Shown one piece after another: positions 18,723 to 27,749 of a DNA stretch of 64,000 nucleotides; the stretch's first letter is position 1; the number at the start of each line of letters is the position of its first letter. The DNA comes from Verrucomicrobiota bacterium (GTDB lineage Bacteria > Verrucomicrobiota > Verrucomicrobiia > Chthoniobacterales > UBA6821). Under the pieces are notes generated by a model. It was not told the DNA's origin. It did not search any database and was given only the letters and a program-made list of their open reading frames with translations. The position numbers and the translations under genes are program-made. The stretch spans positions 41,409 to 105,408 of the forward strand of contig JAIOPL010000015.1 in assembly GCA_021413925.1 (NCBI GenBank), read 5' to 3'.

Positions 18723-19943
18723 ATGAAAACTCACCAATCCATCATCCTTGCCCTTGTTGCCGCTACAGCACTGGGATTCACATCAATACACGCCGCCCCA
18801 GTCACCGCTGAGGGGCGCACCGCTGGGGACTCGACCGCCGCCCGTGAACAAGCTCTCACCGATGCCCTTCGTGAGGCTGTGCGCCTCGGGGCCGGGGTGA
18901 ATATCGCCAGCCAGAGCCAGGCCAGCAACTTCGCCCTCGATTATGACAGGGTCTTTGCTGCCGCATTCGGCTACGTGAAGAGTTATAAGGTGATCGAGTC
19001 CGGCATGGGCAAGGACGGGATCTACCATGTGAAGGTGGAGGCAGAGGTCTCTCCCGGCGATCCGAACATGAACAACACCATGGCCCTGAAGCAACTCGTG
19101 GCCCTGAAGGGCTCTCCCCGTATCGCCCTAGACATCCAGGAGAACATCACAGGCGTCCCTCCGAACTCCGGCTACGCCCAGGCATGGTTCGAGGAGGCGG
19201 CCAAGGACCTCCAGCTGAATATCGTCGATGTGGGCATGGCCCGTAATCAGGAGATGAAGCTCTCCCGCCGCGACGAGGCGCTTGGGAATGCGAACTCCGC
19301 GAACTTCCGCAACAAGGACATCACCCAGAAGGCCGACTTCATCATCCAGGGCAAGGTGACCGGCCGCTACGAGGGCCAGCAGAGCATGTACGGGGGGAAC
19401 CCCCAGCACGTCTTCGGAATGAGCGCCGACCTCCGGGCCGTCCGCCCTGAGACCGGCGAGGTGGTTGCCTCCGCCACCATCCATCCTAACAACAATCTCG
19501 ACAGCGACCAAGGCTCCCCCGAGATGGCCGCCAAAGACATTCTCTTCAAGCTCCTCACCGGCCGCGAGTCCAAGGGCCAACCAGGAGCCATCGGCCTCTT
19601 CCGCAAGATCTTCGCCCGCTGGTCCTCCGAGCTCGACCTAGGCCGCATGGTCCGCGTCGAGATCGTGAAGATCGACCAGCCCACCCTCACCGCGATGGAG
19701 GAGAAGTTGAAGGCCGACCCCCACATCAGCGGCGTCTGGCAGAGGGAGTTCGACGCCCAGGCCAGCACCTTCCTCGACCTTGAGACGCGCTTAAACTCTG
19801 CCGAGCTGACCAAATCTGTGACCGACGCCTCAGGAGGAGCCTACGGCATCGACCACGGAACGGAGAACTACCTCCTCTTCGTGAAGGGCGGCTCCGGATC
19901 AGCCGAGAAGAAAGGCTTCTTCGGGAAAATGTTCGGGAATTGA
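18723..19943 (+). CDS. Exported protein with N-terminal LPP20-like module
   Basis: Signal peptide MKTHQSIILALVAATALGFTSIHA. AREQALTDALREAVRLGAGVNIASQSQ resembles the LPP20/FlgO-type motif also seen in 1553..2566. Confidence 0.6.
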   Translation: MKTHQSIILALVAATALGFTSIHAAPVTAEGRTAGDSTAAREQALTDALREAVRLGAGVNIASQSQASNFALDYDRVFAAAFGYVKSYKVIESGMGKDGIYHVKVEAEVSPGDPNMNNTMALKQLVALKGSPRIALDIQENITGVPPNSGYAQAWFEEAAKDLQLNIVDVGMARNQEMKLSRRDEALGNANSANFRNKDITQKADFIIQGKVTGRYEGQQSMYGGNPQHVFGMSADLRAVRPETGEVVASATIHPNNNLDSDQGSPEMAAKDILFKLLTGRESKGQPGAIGLFRKIFARWSSELDLGRMVRVEIVKIDQPTLTAMEEKLKADPHISGVWQREFDAQASTFLDLETRLNSAELTKSVTDASGGAYGIDHGTENYLLFVKGGSGSAEKKGFFGKMFGN

Positions 19944-19999
19944 GGGAATAGGGGGGGTAGCCACAAGATGCACAAGAGACACAAAACATAATTAAAAAC

Positions 20000-20356
20000 A
20001 TGAACGATTCAATTTTCCCTGATTTTATTGAGAAAAGTTACATCGATGTTTCCATTCCCTTAAAAATTCCTGGTGTCAAAACGGAATTCCATTTAGGCGA
20101 AGGTAGTCCACTTGGTAAGGGAATATTGGTTTTTAATACCCGAGTTACTTATCAGTTCATTAGTGCAAAAAAAGAATCAGAAACACAGACAGAAGTTATT
20201 CTGAAAAGCAATGAACTCGGAAAACTAAAATCTAAAGATGAAACTTTTACGGTAGTTGGTAGAAATGTTCATGAGAGAGCTAGAGATCTTTGTTCGCAGA
20301 TAAGAAAAATACATGGAGATGATAGCATGATCTCCACGCGAACTATAATGAACTAG
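20000..20356 (+). CDS. Small AT-rich cytoplasmic hypothetical protein
   Basis: 118 aa with no signal peptide. Ends 12 nt upstream of the caspase-like gene 20369. Low GC content. Confidence 0.4.
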   Translation: MNDSIFPDFIEKSYIDVSIPLKIPGVKTEFHLGEGSPLGKGILVFNTRVTYQFISAKKESETQTEVILKSNELGKLKSKDETFTVVGRNVHERARDLCSQIRKIHGDDSMISTRTIMN

Positions 20357-20368
20357 TCAATAGTACTA

Positions 20369-23300
20369 ATGATAAAAAGATATTTCAATATCGGATTATT
20401 TATAATAATATTCTTTGTTAATTTTGCCACCGCCCAAGTCCCTACCCAAGAGCAATGCCAGCAGGCCGATGCCCAGCTGAATCAGGTCTATCAGCAGCTC
20501 AGGGGGACTCTGAGTACGGATCAGAAACAGCAGTTGAAGCTAGCCCAGAGGGATTGGATCAAGCAGAGGGATGCATTTGTTGCTGCTAATCCGGGTAATC
20601 CTCAAGGAGCGCTCTATCAAGCAACGATGCAGAGGGCACAACAACTAGGATTAATTCTCGGAAAGACGCCACAAAATGGAATGCCCTCGTCAGCGGAGAG
20701 CATTTCCAAGATGCCACTCGATATTCGAATCGATGAGAAAGCGGTTTATCCGACTCCACAGGTCAATGATCAGAAATGGATAATAAGTACCACTTCCTCT
20801 GATAATGAAAGCCTGATTGCAGTAGCTCATCCAGAACTGGTGAAAATCTGGACAAAAAATTATGAATCGCTCGTAAGAAGTATCAATTGCAGAGCCGATG
20901 CGCTTAGAATTATTCCAGGAACGCATATTCTTCTAACCATTGGAAAACCTTTGGATGCTGAAAATACCACCACGGGCACAGAGATCAATGCAATGTGTCC
21001 CGTTGCGACATACTGGAACATTGAGGATGGATCCAAGTTGGCGAGTTTTACCCTCGTGTGTCCAAAAGGGGTAGATGTTCCCTATATTACGGGAGATTGC
21101 CATCACGTTATCTTTTGCAATAATGAAAGAACGGACTTGGATCGTGTGACCTTCTACGAAACCAAGTTGCCCTTGGTAGACCTTGAAGATCGTTCCTTAA
21201 AATCCTCCGGAGATATCCGTTTTGCTGACCCTCAGAAAAAGTGGGGAGACATATCAATTAATGTGGTGGGAAATCACGATAAGATTAAAAGCCGATTCCC
21301 GGAAATAGACGGTTCTCTCGATAAAAGTGGAAGAATTAGTAGTGATCTCATTAATGAATCCGCAAAAAATCTACGCAATTCTGGAGAGATTCTTATAGAA
21401 AATCTCTCGATCAATCAGGATGGGACAAAATTCTGCATCATGGGAAAGGGGCTCGTTCGTATTGTGGAATTCGAAATTGGAGTAGCAAAAGAAATCAAAA
21501 TTCCCGATCAATGGATTGCTATTAGTGGTGCCTTTTCTTCTGATGGAAGTCATCTTGCTGTGCTGGCATCTCCAGCAGACGCGGGACAACAGCAAGAGGG
21601 AAACATCGTCTTCAAGGGATTCGTTATCGATCTCAACAATCAGACGGTGCTATTTGAGAGTACAATTCCAGCGGGAATTGTTCCCGCTGTGTGTTCAGGC
21701 AAACCTGAAATCCAATGGATCAGAGATAAAATATATATCTCCGATGGTGCAATCTTTGATTCGAAATTCTCACTCCAACAGCAAATCAAGGGGCTTTTTC
21801 TACCAACTTCCCCCTTGAAATCAGAGGTTCTTGTTAAAGCGGTCGAAGCTGGCAAGACGTCACCCCGCGGAAAGCCAACGGTCTTATCACTTGCGCTCTA
21901 CGACCTCAATAATCTTGAGTCTGCTTCAGATTTGAAGCTGAAAGATTCAGAAAATGGTGATGGTGCATTGCCTTTTTACGGAGATCCCACATGCCCAAAC
22001 CTGTCTCCATTTGATATCTCGCCGAATTGCGACGCGATCATCAAGTCTTGGAAGTATTGGAGGGGTGGCGGAGGGCTTTGTTTTGCGAATTCCGCAATCA
22101 ACCAGTCTTTTGAGAACCTGCTATCTGGCAGGATGCCAACATTTGCCTCTTTTCTTCCAAACGGAAATATTCTGTGTGTTGAATTGACCGAAAAAGGTAG
22201 TGAAACACAGATTGTCATTATAGACCCAACTCAACCTCAAAAAGCATTATCAGTTCTCAAAACGCCGATTATCTTTTCATTAAAGATATCTCCTGATCGA
22301 AAGTCATTTTACGGGATTCAGAAGAGCGGATTCGTGGTTCGATATGAGATCCGTGATAATGCTGTGCTGCCCTGCGCGGAGTACCTATCAAACAGTCGTG
22401 ACTCTTTGGTAATTACTCCAGAATTCATTTATCTTTCGCATGGCAACCCCAACAATCTCCTTCGTTTCACCAAAAAAGCAGAGTCCTACCCACTTGAGCA
22501 ATTCGATCTTCGCCTGAACCGCCCCGACATCGTTTTAGAGCGATTGGGGGCTCCGAAGGAGGCCATCGAGACGGCTAAATCCCTCCGCGACAAACGCCTG
22601 AAGCGCATGGGAGTCACCGAGGAAATGCTGAAGCCTGACTTCCATCTCCCTGAGCTCCAAGTCGTGGGCGAGGTACCTGCGACAACTGCTAAGGTTCAGC
22701 TTGATCTCCAGATCAAGGCCACCGATGACAAGTATCCCCTCGATCGTCTGCGGGTCTACGTGAACAACGTCCCTGTGAATGGCCGTGACGGGGAACTCCT
22801 CCGTGATCAGAAGACCCAGACCTTAGAGAAAACCATCCCGATCAAGCTTGCCTCTGGCCGCAATAAGATCCAGGTCTCCGTCCTCAACAGCGCCGGTGCG
22901 GAATCCCTCTATGCCAATGCCGAGTTGAACTGCACGGCTGAACGTCCCAAGCCCAAGCTCTACGCCGTGTCCCTCGGAGTCTCCCAGTACGACCGCCCCG
23001 AGTGGTGCCTCAAGTACGCTGCCAAGGACGCCACTGACCTGATCAACAAGCTCAAGGAGAAGGCCAGCACCTCCTACTCAGAGGTGAAGCCCCTGCTTCT
23101 CACGGACAAGGAGGTCACCAAGGATAGCGTCGCCAAGATCAAGGAGTTCCTCTCGGGGGCAACCATTGATGACACCGTTCTGATCTTCATGGCGGGCCAC
23201 GGCCTCCTCGATGACAAATACGACTACTACTTCGGCACTACTGACATCGACCCGGCCAAGCCATCAGAGCGTGGGATGCCCTACGAGGCGATCGACAACA

Positions 23301-23842
23301 TCCTCGCTGAGGTTCCATCGCTCAAGAAAGCCCTCCTCATGGATACCTGCCACGCCGGAGAACTGGATGACGATGAGAAGAAGGAACTCGCCGCATCCGA
23401 CGGAGCGGCAACCCCCTCCGCAATCCCAGCTTCAGACACCAACTCATCTCCAATGGCTGGCAAAGTCGCCATGCGTTCCATCGGCACACGTGGGATGAGC
23501 GTAAAGGCCGTGGAAGGAGCCAAGGGCAAGAGCGACTGGTACGAGAAGCTCCAGGATATGTTCGTCGATCTTCGCAGGGGAAGCGGAGCCACGGTCATCT
23601 CCTCCTCACAGGGAGCGGAATACGCCTTCGAGAGTAGTGAACAATCCAACGGCCTCTTCACCTACGCCCTCATGGAAGCCCTTGATGGCAAAGCCACCCC
23701 CAACAAAGAGGGCCAAATCAACATCAGCAGCATCGGAGACTACGTCAAAAAACGCGTCCAAGACCTCACCAAGGGAAAACAAAACCCCAACCTCCGAGGA
23801 GTAAATCTAGAAGAAGACTTTGTTCTGGGAACAGCCAAGTGA
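20369..23842 (+). CDS. Exported DUF1311(LprI)-like / WD40-like / caspase-like protein
   Basis: Signal peptide MIKRYFNIGLFIIIFFVNFATA. QCQQADAQLNQVYQQLRG...LKLAQRDWIKQRDAF matches the DUF1311 pattern. A repeat-rich middle region is followed by the intact constant module from 22487, carrying FMAGHGLLD and LLMDTCHAGE. Confidence 0.85.
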   Translation: MIKRYFNIGLFIIIFFVNFATAQVPTQEQCQQADAQLNQVYQQLRGTLSTDQKQQLKLAQRDWIKQRDAFVAANPGNPQGALYQATMQRAQQLGLILGKTPQNGMPSSAESISKMPLDIRIDEKAVYPTPQVNDQKWIISTTSSDNESLIAVAHPELVKIWTKNYESLVRSINCRADALRIIPGTHILLTIGKPLDAENTTTGTEINAMCPVATYWNIEDGSKLASFTLVCPKGVDVPYITGDCHHVIFCNNERTDLDRVTFYETKLPLVDLEDRSLKSSGDIRFADPQKKWGDISINVVGNHDKIKSRFPEIDGSLDKSGRISSDLINESAKNLRNSGEILIENLSINQDGTKFCIMGKGLVRIVEFEIGVAKEIKIPDQWIAISGAFSSDGSHLAVLASPADAGQQQEGNIVFKGFVIDLNNQTVLFESTIPAGIVPAVCSGKPEIQWIRDKIYISDGAIFDSKFSLQQQIKGLFLPTSPLKSEVLVKAVEAGKTSPRGKPTVLSLALYDLNNLESASDLKLKDSENGDGALPFYGDPTCPNLSPFDISPNCDAIIKSWKYWRGGGGLCFANSAINQSFENLLSGRMPTFASFLPNGNILCVELTEKGSETQIVIIDPTQPQKALSVLKTPIIFSLKISPDRKSFYGIQKSGFVVRYEIRDNAVLPCAEYLSNSRDSLVITPEFIYLSHGNPNNLLRFTKKAESYPLEQFDLRLNRPDIVLERLGAPKEAIETAKSLRDKRLKRMGVTEEMLKPDFHLPELQVVGEVPATTAKVQLDLQIKATDDKYPLDRLRVYVNNVPVNGRDGELLRDQKTQTLEKTIPIKLASGRNKIQVSVLNSAGAESLYANAELNCTAERPKPKLYAVSLGVSQYDRPEWCLKYAAKDATDLINKLKEKASTSYSEVKPLLLTDKEVTKDSVAKIKEFLSGATIDDTVLIFMAGHGLLDDKYDYYFGTTDIDPAKPSERGMPYEAIDNILAEVPSLKKALLMDTCHAGELDDDEKKELAASDGAATPSAIPASDTNSSPMAGKVAMRSIGTRGMSVKAVEGAKGKSDWYEKLQDMFVDLRRGSGATVISSSQGAEYAFESSEQSNGLFTYALMEALDGKATPNKEGQINISSIGDYVKKRVQDLTKGKQNPNLRGVNLEEDFVLGTAK
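22487..23842 (+). repeat. Constant caspase effector module, copy 3 (of 3)
   Basis: Colinear with copies 1 and 2 from YPLEQFDLRLNRPDIVLERLG through NLRGVNLEEDF. Confidence 0.9.
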
Positions 23843-23873
23843 CACGGCACTACTTTTCGGTTATTATTTTATC

Positions 23874-24173
23874 ATGGATTTGAACGACGTACCGATGTCT
23901 TCGGATTCCCTGACGAGGGTGGCGCGGCGGTTATTCTGGTGGGTATCACCGACGGAGGCGCTACGCGACAGAAGCCGTTTCCTAGCCCAAGTCATGGCGC
24001 TGGGGACATGGGAGGATGTTGACGCTGTGCAAGAGGAATGTCCTGTGGAGGAGTGGCGCGATGCACTCCGTCGGGCGTCCCCCGGGGTCATCGATCCGAG
24101 AAGTTGGCATTTCTGGCATGTGAGGTTCGGGATGACTCCAATACCTCCGATGCCGGTGCGCCATTTGGGATGA
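23874..24173 (+). CDS. Putative antitoxin partner of the AbiEii-type nucleotidyltransferase
   Basis: ATG at 23874 (MDLNDVPMSSDSL...). ATGA stop/start overlap with the downstream toxin gene. Family not recognised with certainty. Confidence 0.5.
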   Translation: MDLNDVPMSSDSLTRVARRLFWWVSPTEALRDRSRFLAQVMALGTWEDVDAVQEECPVEEWRDALRRASPGVIDPRSWHFWHVRFGMTPIPPMPVRHLG

Positions 24174-24847
24174 ACGGAGAGAGCCTCGCCATCAGCATGG
24201 ATCTTCATCTTTCGACTCTACCCAAGTCCCAGCAGACGCTCTGGGGGGAACTGGATCAGGTGCCGACCGATTTTGTACTCTACGGCGGGACGGCGTTGGC
24301 TCTGCGCATCGGTCACAGAATCTCGGTCGACTTCGACTTCTTCAACGCATCGCCTTTCGAGCCCGATGAGTTGATCGCCCGGATACCCTTCGCCAAGGGA
24401 TCCGAAATTCTCCAGAGCAGCGCCAATGCTCTGACGATCCTGGTGGATCGCGGGGCACCGGTGAAGGTCTCGTTCTTCGGCGGGCTTGGATTCGGCCGCA
24501 TGGAGGATCCTGAGTCCGCCGCCGATAATAATGTGGCGATCGCCTCGGTGATCGATGTCTTCGCCAGCAAGCTCAAGACGATCCTTCAGCGTTCGGAGGC
24601 AAAGGACTACATCGATATCGCAGCGATCCTCGCTTCGGGAGTGTCCCTCGAGAAGGGACTCGGCGCGGCCCGGGCTCTCTATGGTGAGGGGATGAACACG
24701 CTCCTCCCCCTCAAGGCGCTCTGCTACTTCGGGGACGGGGATCTGGAGACTCTCAGCCTAGAGGTTCGGGAGCAACTCGTTGCCGCGGTCGCCGGGTTGG
24801 GAGAGATCCCCGGTATGGTACGCCGTTCAGGAAAATTGATCGGCTGA
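24170..24847 (+). CDS. Nucleotidyltransferase, AbiEii/AbiGii (DUF1814) toxin family
   Basis: ATG at 24170. LYGGTALALRIGHRISVDFDFF contains the GG[ST] and DxD nucleotidyltransferase motifs. Overall length is typical of AbiEii. Confidence 0.72.
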   Translation: MNGESLAISMDLHLSTLPKSQQTLWGELDQVPTDFVLYGGTALALRIGHRISVDFDFFNASPFEPDELIARIPFAKGSEILQSSANALTILVDRGAPVKVSFFGGLGFGRMEDPESAADNNVAIASVIDVFASKLKTILQRSEAKDYIDIAAILASGVSLEKGLGAARALYGEGMNTLLPLKALCYFGDGDLETLSLEVREQLVAAVAGLGEIPGMVRRSGKLIG

Positions 24848-24976
24848 TGATACCCGTCTTGTGCTCCGAGGGGGGGATGTTCTGGGTGGTTATGATCCGG
24901 AAAGGCTACAACTGCGGCCTTTTCGGGAAGTAAAGAATTGACCCTCACTGACTAAGAACCAATATCTAAGGCTCAT

Positions 24977-25432
24977 ATGAAAACCAAAGGCGCAAATATC
25001 GACATCCTCAAGCAATTCGCAGCTCTCGAGAAAAAGGCTTCTAAGCAGGTTCTCTCCGCAAAGGCCGCTATCGAGAAGAAGATCGCCAAGGAGGTAGCCT
25101 CCGTTCACAAGAAGTACGCCAAGGAGCTCGAGCAACTAGAGTCTATGCTTTCCCGTTTCGGTCTTTCAGCCAAAGCGCCGAAAGCGACCAAGGCTGCCAA
25201 GTCTACAACCACCGGAAAGCGCACCCGTCGCACACTTCCCAAGATCAACGATGAGGAAATCAAGACCCAGCTCTCTAAGATCCTCTCTGGAGGTAAAAAA
25301 GTCTCCTCAGCCGTGATTTTCAAAGAAGTCGGTCTGGCACGTCCCCGCTTCACTGCATTCCTCAAAGCCAGCAAAGGCTTCCTCCACATCGAGGGAAACA
25401 AGCGGAGCACCCTCTACTCGCTGAAAGGTTAG
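24977..25432 (+). CDS. Lys/Ala-rich protein, possibly nucleoid-associated (histone H1-like tract plus C-terminal wHTH-like segment)
   Basis: Contains the tract KAPKATKAAKSTTTGKRTRR. A strong terminator follows the gene. Confidence 0.45.
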   Translation: MKTKGANIDILKQFAALEKKASKQVLSAKAAIEKKIAKEVASVHKKYAKELEQLESMLSRFGLSAKAPKATKAAKSTTTGKRTRRTLPKINDEEIKTQLSKILSGGKKVSSAVIFKEVGLARPRFTAFLKASKGFLHIEGNKRSTLYSLKG

Positions 25433-25464
25433 TCTCTTAGAAAGTTTTTCGGTTTGATTGACTG

Positions 25465-25495
25465 GAGCGGCTGGCACATCACCAGCCGCTCTTTT
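25465..25495 (+). terminator. Rho-independent terminator
   Basis: Stem gagcggctgg (25465..25474), 7-nt loop, stem ccagccgctc (25482..25491), then tttt. Confidence 0.8.
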
Positions 25496-25688
25496 CATTG
25501 CTAGGATGGTCGGCATTTGGGCGATAACGCCTCCTCAGGGGTGCCGAAATGGGAATTTCTGCCAATGGTAGAAATTGCCCGATGAACGGTCGGGTCGGAA
25601 GTGTGATCGGCTTTAGAACCCCTTAAACACTCGATTTGAAGGGCTGGGTGGGTTGTCAAGAATCAGCAAATGGGCGTAGAGCTGATCC

Positions 25689-26147
25689 ATGCAAACGACA
25701 TCCCGAATCCCATCCTCCATCCGCAGGAAGTCCACGAAGACTCGAATCGGAAGCATCACCCTGATCCTAACAACCCTGCTTGCCATTGGGGTACCAACCT
25801 CGATTCTTCAAGCTAACCCCTACGGCTCCTACGGGGGCGGGGGAGGCAGAGGTTATTACCAGCCGCAGTGCGGCGGTTGGTCGGAAAACTGTAATCGCGG
25901 TGGCTGGCTAGGCACTGGAGTGCCGAATGGCCTCGGATGGACACTCTTTGGGCTATCTGCCGCCGCCGCGATCTCCCGCCCCACATATGTCGCACCCGCA
26001 CCCGTAATCGTTGAGCAACCGGTCTATGTCCAGCAGCCCGTAGTGGTCACCCGTCCCCAAGTCGTCCAGGCCCCACTCGTTAATTGCAACGGCGTCCCCT
26101 GCTACTACATCAACGGCAACTACTACCCCGCAACTGCGATGCAGTAG
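25689..26147 (+). CDS. Membrane/exported Gly-Tyr-Pro-Val-rich protein
   Basis: Hydrophobic N-terminal segment ITLILTTLLAIGVPTSILQA, followed by low-complexity sequence. Confidence 0.45.
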   Translation: MQTTSRIPSSIRRKSTKTRIGSITLILTTLLAIGVPTSILQANPYGSYGGGGGRGYYQPQCGGWSENCNRGGWLGTGVPNGLGWTLFGLSAAAAISRPTYVAPAPVIVEQPVYVQQPVVVTRPQVVQAPLVNCNGVPCYYINGNYYPATAMQ

Positions 26148-26170
26148 TGGCAACAAAACGATCTTCAATC

Positions 26171-27301
26171 ATGACAATGACATCACCACTCCCAACAAAC
26201 AGCTTCTCTCGTAGACCCCTAACAGACTTGAGTCCTAATGACCCGATCGCCAGAAAAGAGGCCCAGCTACGGACCAAAATAGCGAAGCTTCAGGCTCAAC
26301 AACGCCGCCAGAAACTCATTGAGGATCTGGAGGTGCCCAAGTGCTCCAAACCCAGGGGTTTTCGTTTCATCCATGCCTTCCTAGTTGTCCTGGGTCTCCA
26401 TGTCGCAGCCGTTGGAGGCTTCTTCGGACTCTCTGCGCTGAGAAAGATGCACACCTCAGACAAAATGGCCCTGACTGAGAAAGCCCCAGCCTATGCAGGC
26501 GTGCCAAATCCTGAGCCTCAATCTGTCACTAGTTCAGCCCCAAATCATACTCCCAAACGCTCTGAAGGAAGCAACTCCAAGCACTACGCGAGCCTCGCCA
26601 AGAAAAAGAATACCGAGGATGCCGTAGCTGCCTCATCACCAGTGAGGGCATCGGCACCAGTAACCGAAAGCCCCAAGAAGGAGCAAGATCCAGTGCAGCA
26701 ATCCGTCCAAAAGATCACCCCTGCAATCAAGGCACTCTTCACGCACCAGCCTGCACTGAAATCAACACCATCATCTAAGACCTCTGGTGTGGCTGATGCC
26801 CTTGCAACCATGGGAAGTCATGATTCTGCGGATGCATCCACCTCATCTGTGGTAGCCCCTTCTCATCCCCGTCCCCCAAACCCTTCGAGCTACGTCGTGG
26901 GGCCTGGAGACACCCTCTCCAAGGTAGCCTCCATGATGGGTATCCCCGCCGCGAAAATCAGAGAAGCAAATGGCCTGGAATCCGGCAACAGCCTGCGAGT
27001 CGGGCAAAAGCTAGCCATCCCTAGCCTGGACAAGACTCCACCTCCGCTCCAACTCGTGGAGAAAGAGCCCGAGAGCACTCCTAAAAAATCGGATCCCCCT
27101 GAAACCTTCACCCCGAAGCTAGAGCGCATAGCTCCCAACGGGGTCTACACAGTCCAACGTGGGGACAACTCCTACTCAATCGCCCATCGCCTCGGTGTCT
27201 CATTCACCGACCTGATGACTGCGAACAACATCACCAACCCAGCTGATGTGACGATCGGCATGCATCTCAAGGTGCCCAGCGGTGCTCTGGCCTCTAACTG
27301 A
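26171..27301 (+). CDS. Membrane-anchored protein with two C-terminal LysM domains
   Basis: ATG at 26171. TM segment FIHAFLVVLGLHVAAVGGFFGL. LysM motifs YVVGPGDTLSKVASMMGIPAAKIREANGL...GQKLAIP and YTVQRGDNSYSIAHRLGVSFTDLMTANNI...GMHLKVP. Confidence 0.8.
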   Translation: MTMTSPLPTNSFSRRPLTDLSPNDPIARKEAQLRTKIAKLQAQQRRQKLIEDLEVPKCSKPRGFRFIHAFLVVLGLHVAAVGGFFGLSALRKMHTSDKMALTEKAPAYAGVPNPEPQSVTSSAPNHTPKRSEGSNSKHYASLAKKKNTEDAVAASSPVRASAPVTESPKKEQDPVQQSVQKITPAIKALFTHQPALKSTPSSKTSGVADALATMGSHDSADASTSSVVAPSHPRPPNPSSYVVGPGDTLSKVASMMGIPAAKIREANGLESGNSLRVGQKLAIPSLDKTPPPLQLVEKEPESTPKKSDPPETFTPKLERIAPNGVYTVQRGDNSYSIAHRLGVSFTDLMTANNITNPADVTIGMHLKVPSGALASN

Positions 27302-27321
27302 AACTCCACAAGACACACTTC

Positions 27322-27690
27322 GTGAACACAAAGAAAAAGCCCATCTATGACCCATCCTGCGACGAGGAGATAATGTCCATCGGAGGAAGTCTCAATCCCA
27401 AAGGCTATCTCATGGACATTAACGAGACCCTTTATCTATCTGCCACAAACGGCTTTTACCTACAGCGTCAGATTCGCCAAATCCGCAAGGGGAGAACATG
27501 GGAAACGTCCGAATTGGGAGAGTGCGATGAGTGCCCGGCATCCGGGAACATCAGGATTCTCAAAGTGCTGCGACCCATGAGCCGCACCCAGGTGATTCGG
27601 TATGTCGTCGATGCCTACATGCCGAGGCATGGAGGAGTTCATCTCGCTACTCACCTTGCTCTGGATAGCGCAGGCATTCCATCGAACTAA
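27322..27690 (+). CDS. Hypothetical protein (GTG start)
   Basis: Open frame only. No motif recognised. Confidence 0.35.
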   Translation: MNTKKKPIYDPSCDEEIMSIGGSLNPKGYLMDINETLYLSATNGFYLQRQIRQIRKGRTWETSELGECDECPASGNIRILKVLRPMSRTQVIRYVVDAYMPRHGGVHLATHLALDSAGIPSN

Positions 27691-27749
27691 CCCAAGTTCG
27701 TCATGCCCACCTCGCATCTATCGAATCCAACCAGCCGCACTCTCACATC

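Noticed and set aside
26084-26170. Upstream start of the LysM protein overlapping 25689..26147
   Set aside because: The extension overlaps the preceding gene by 64 nt and adds a non-hydrophobic, Arg-rich leader. The ATG at 26171 avoids the overlap.
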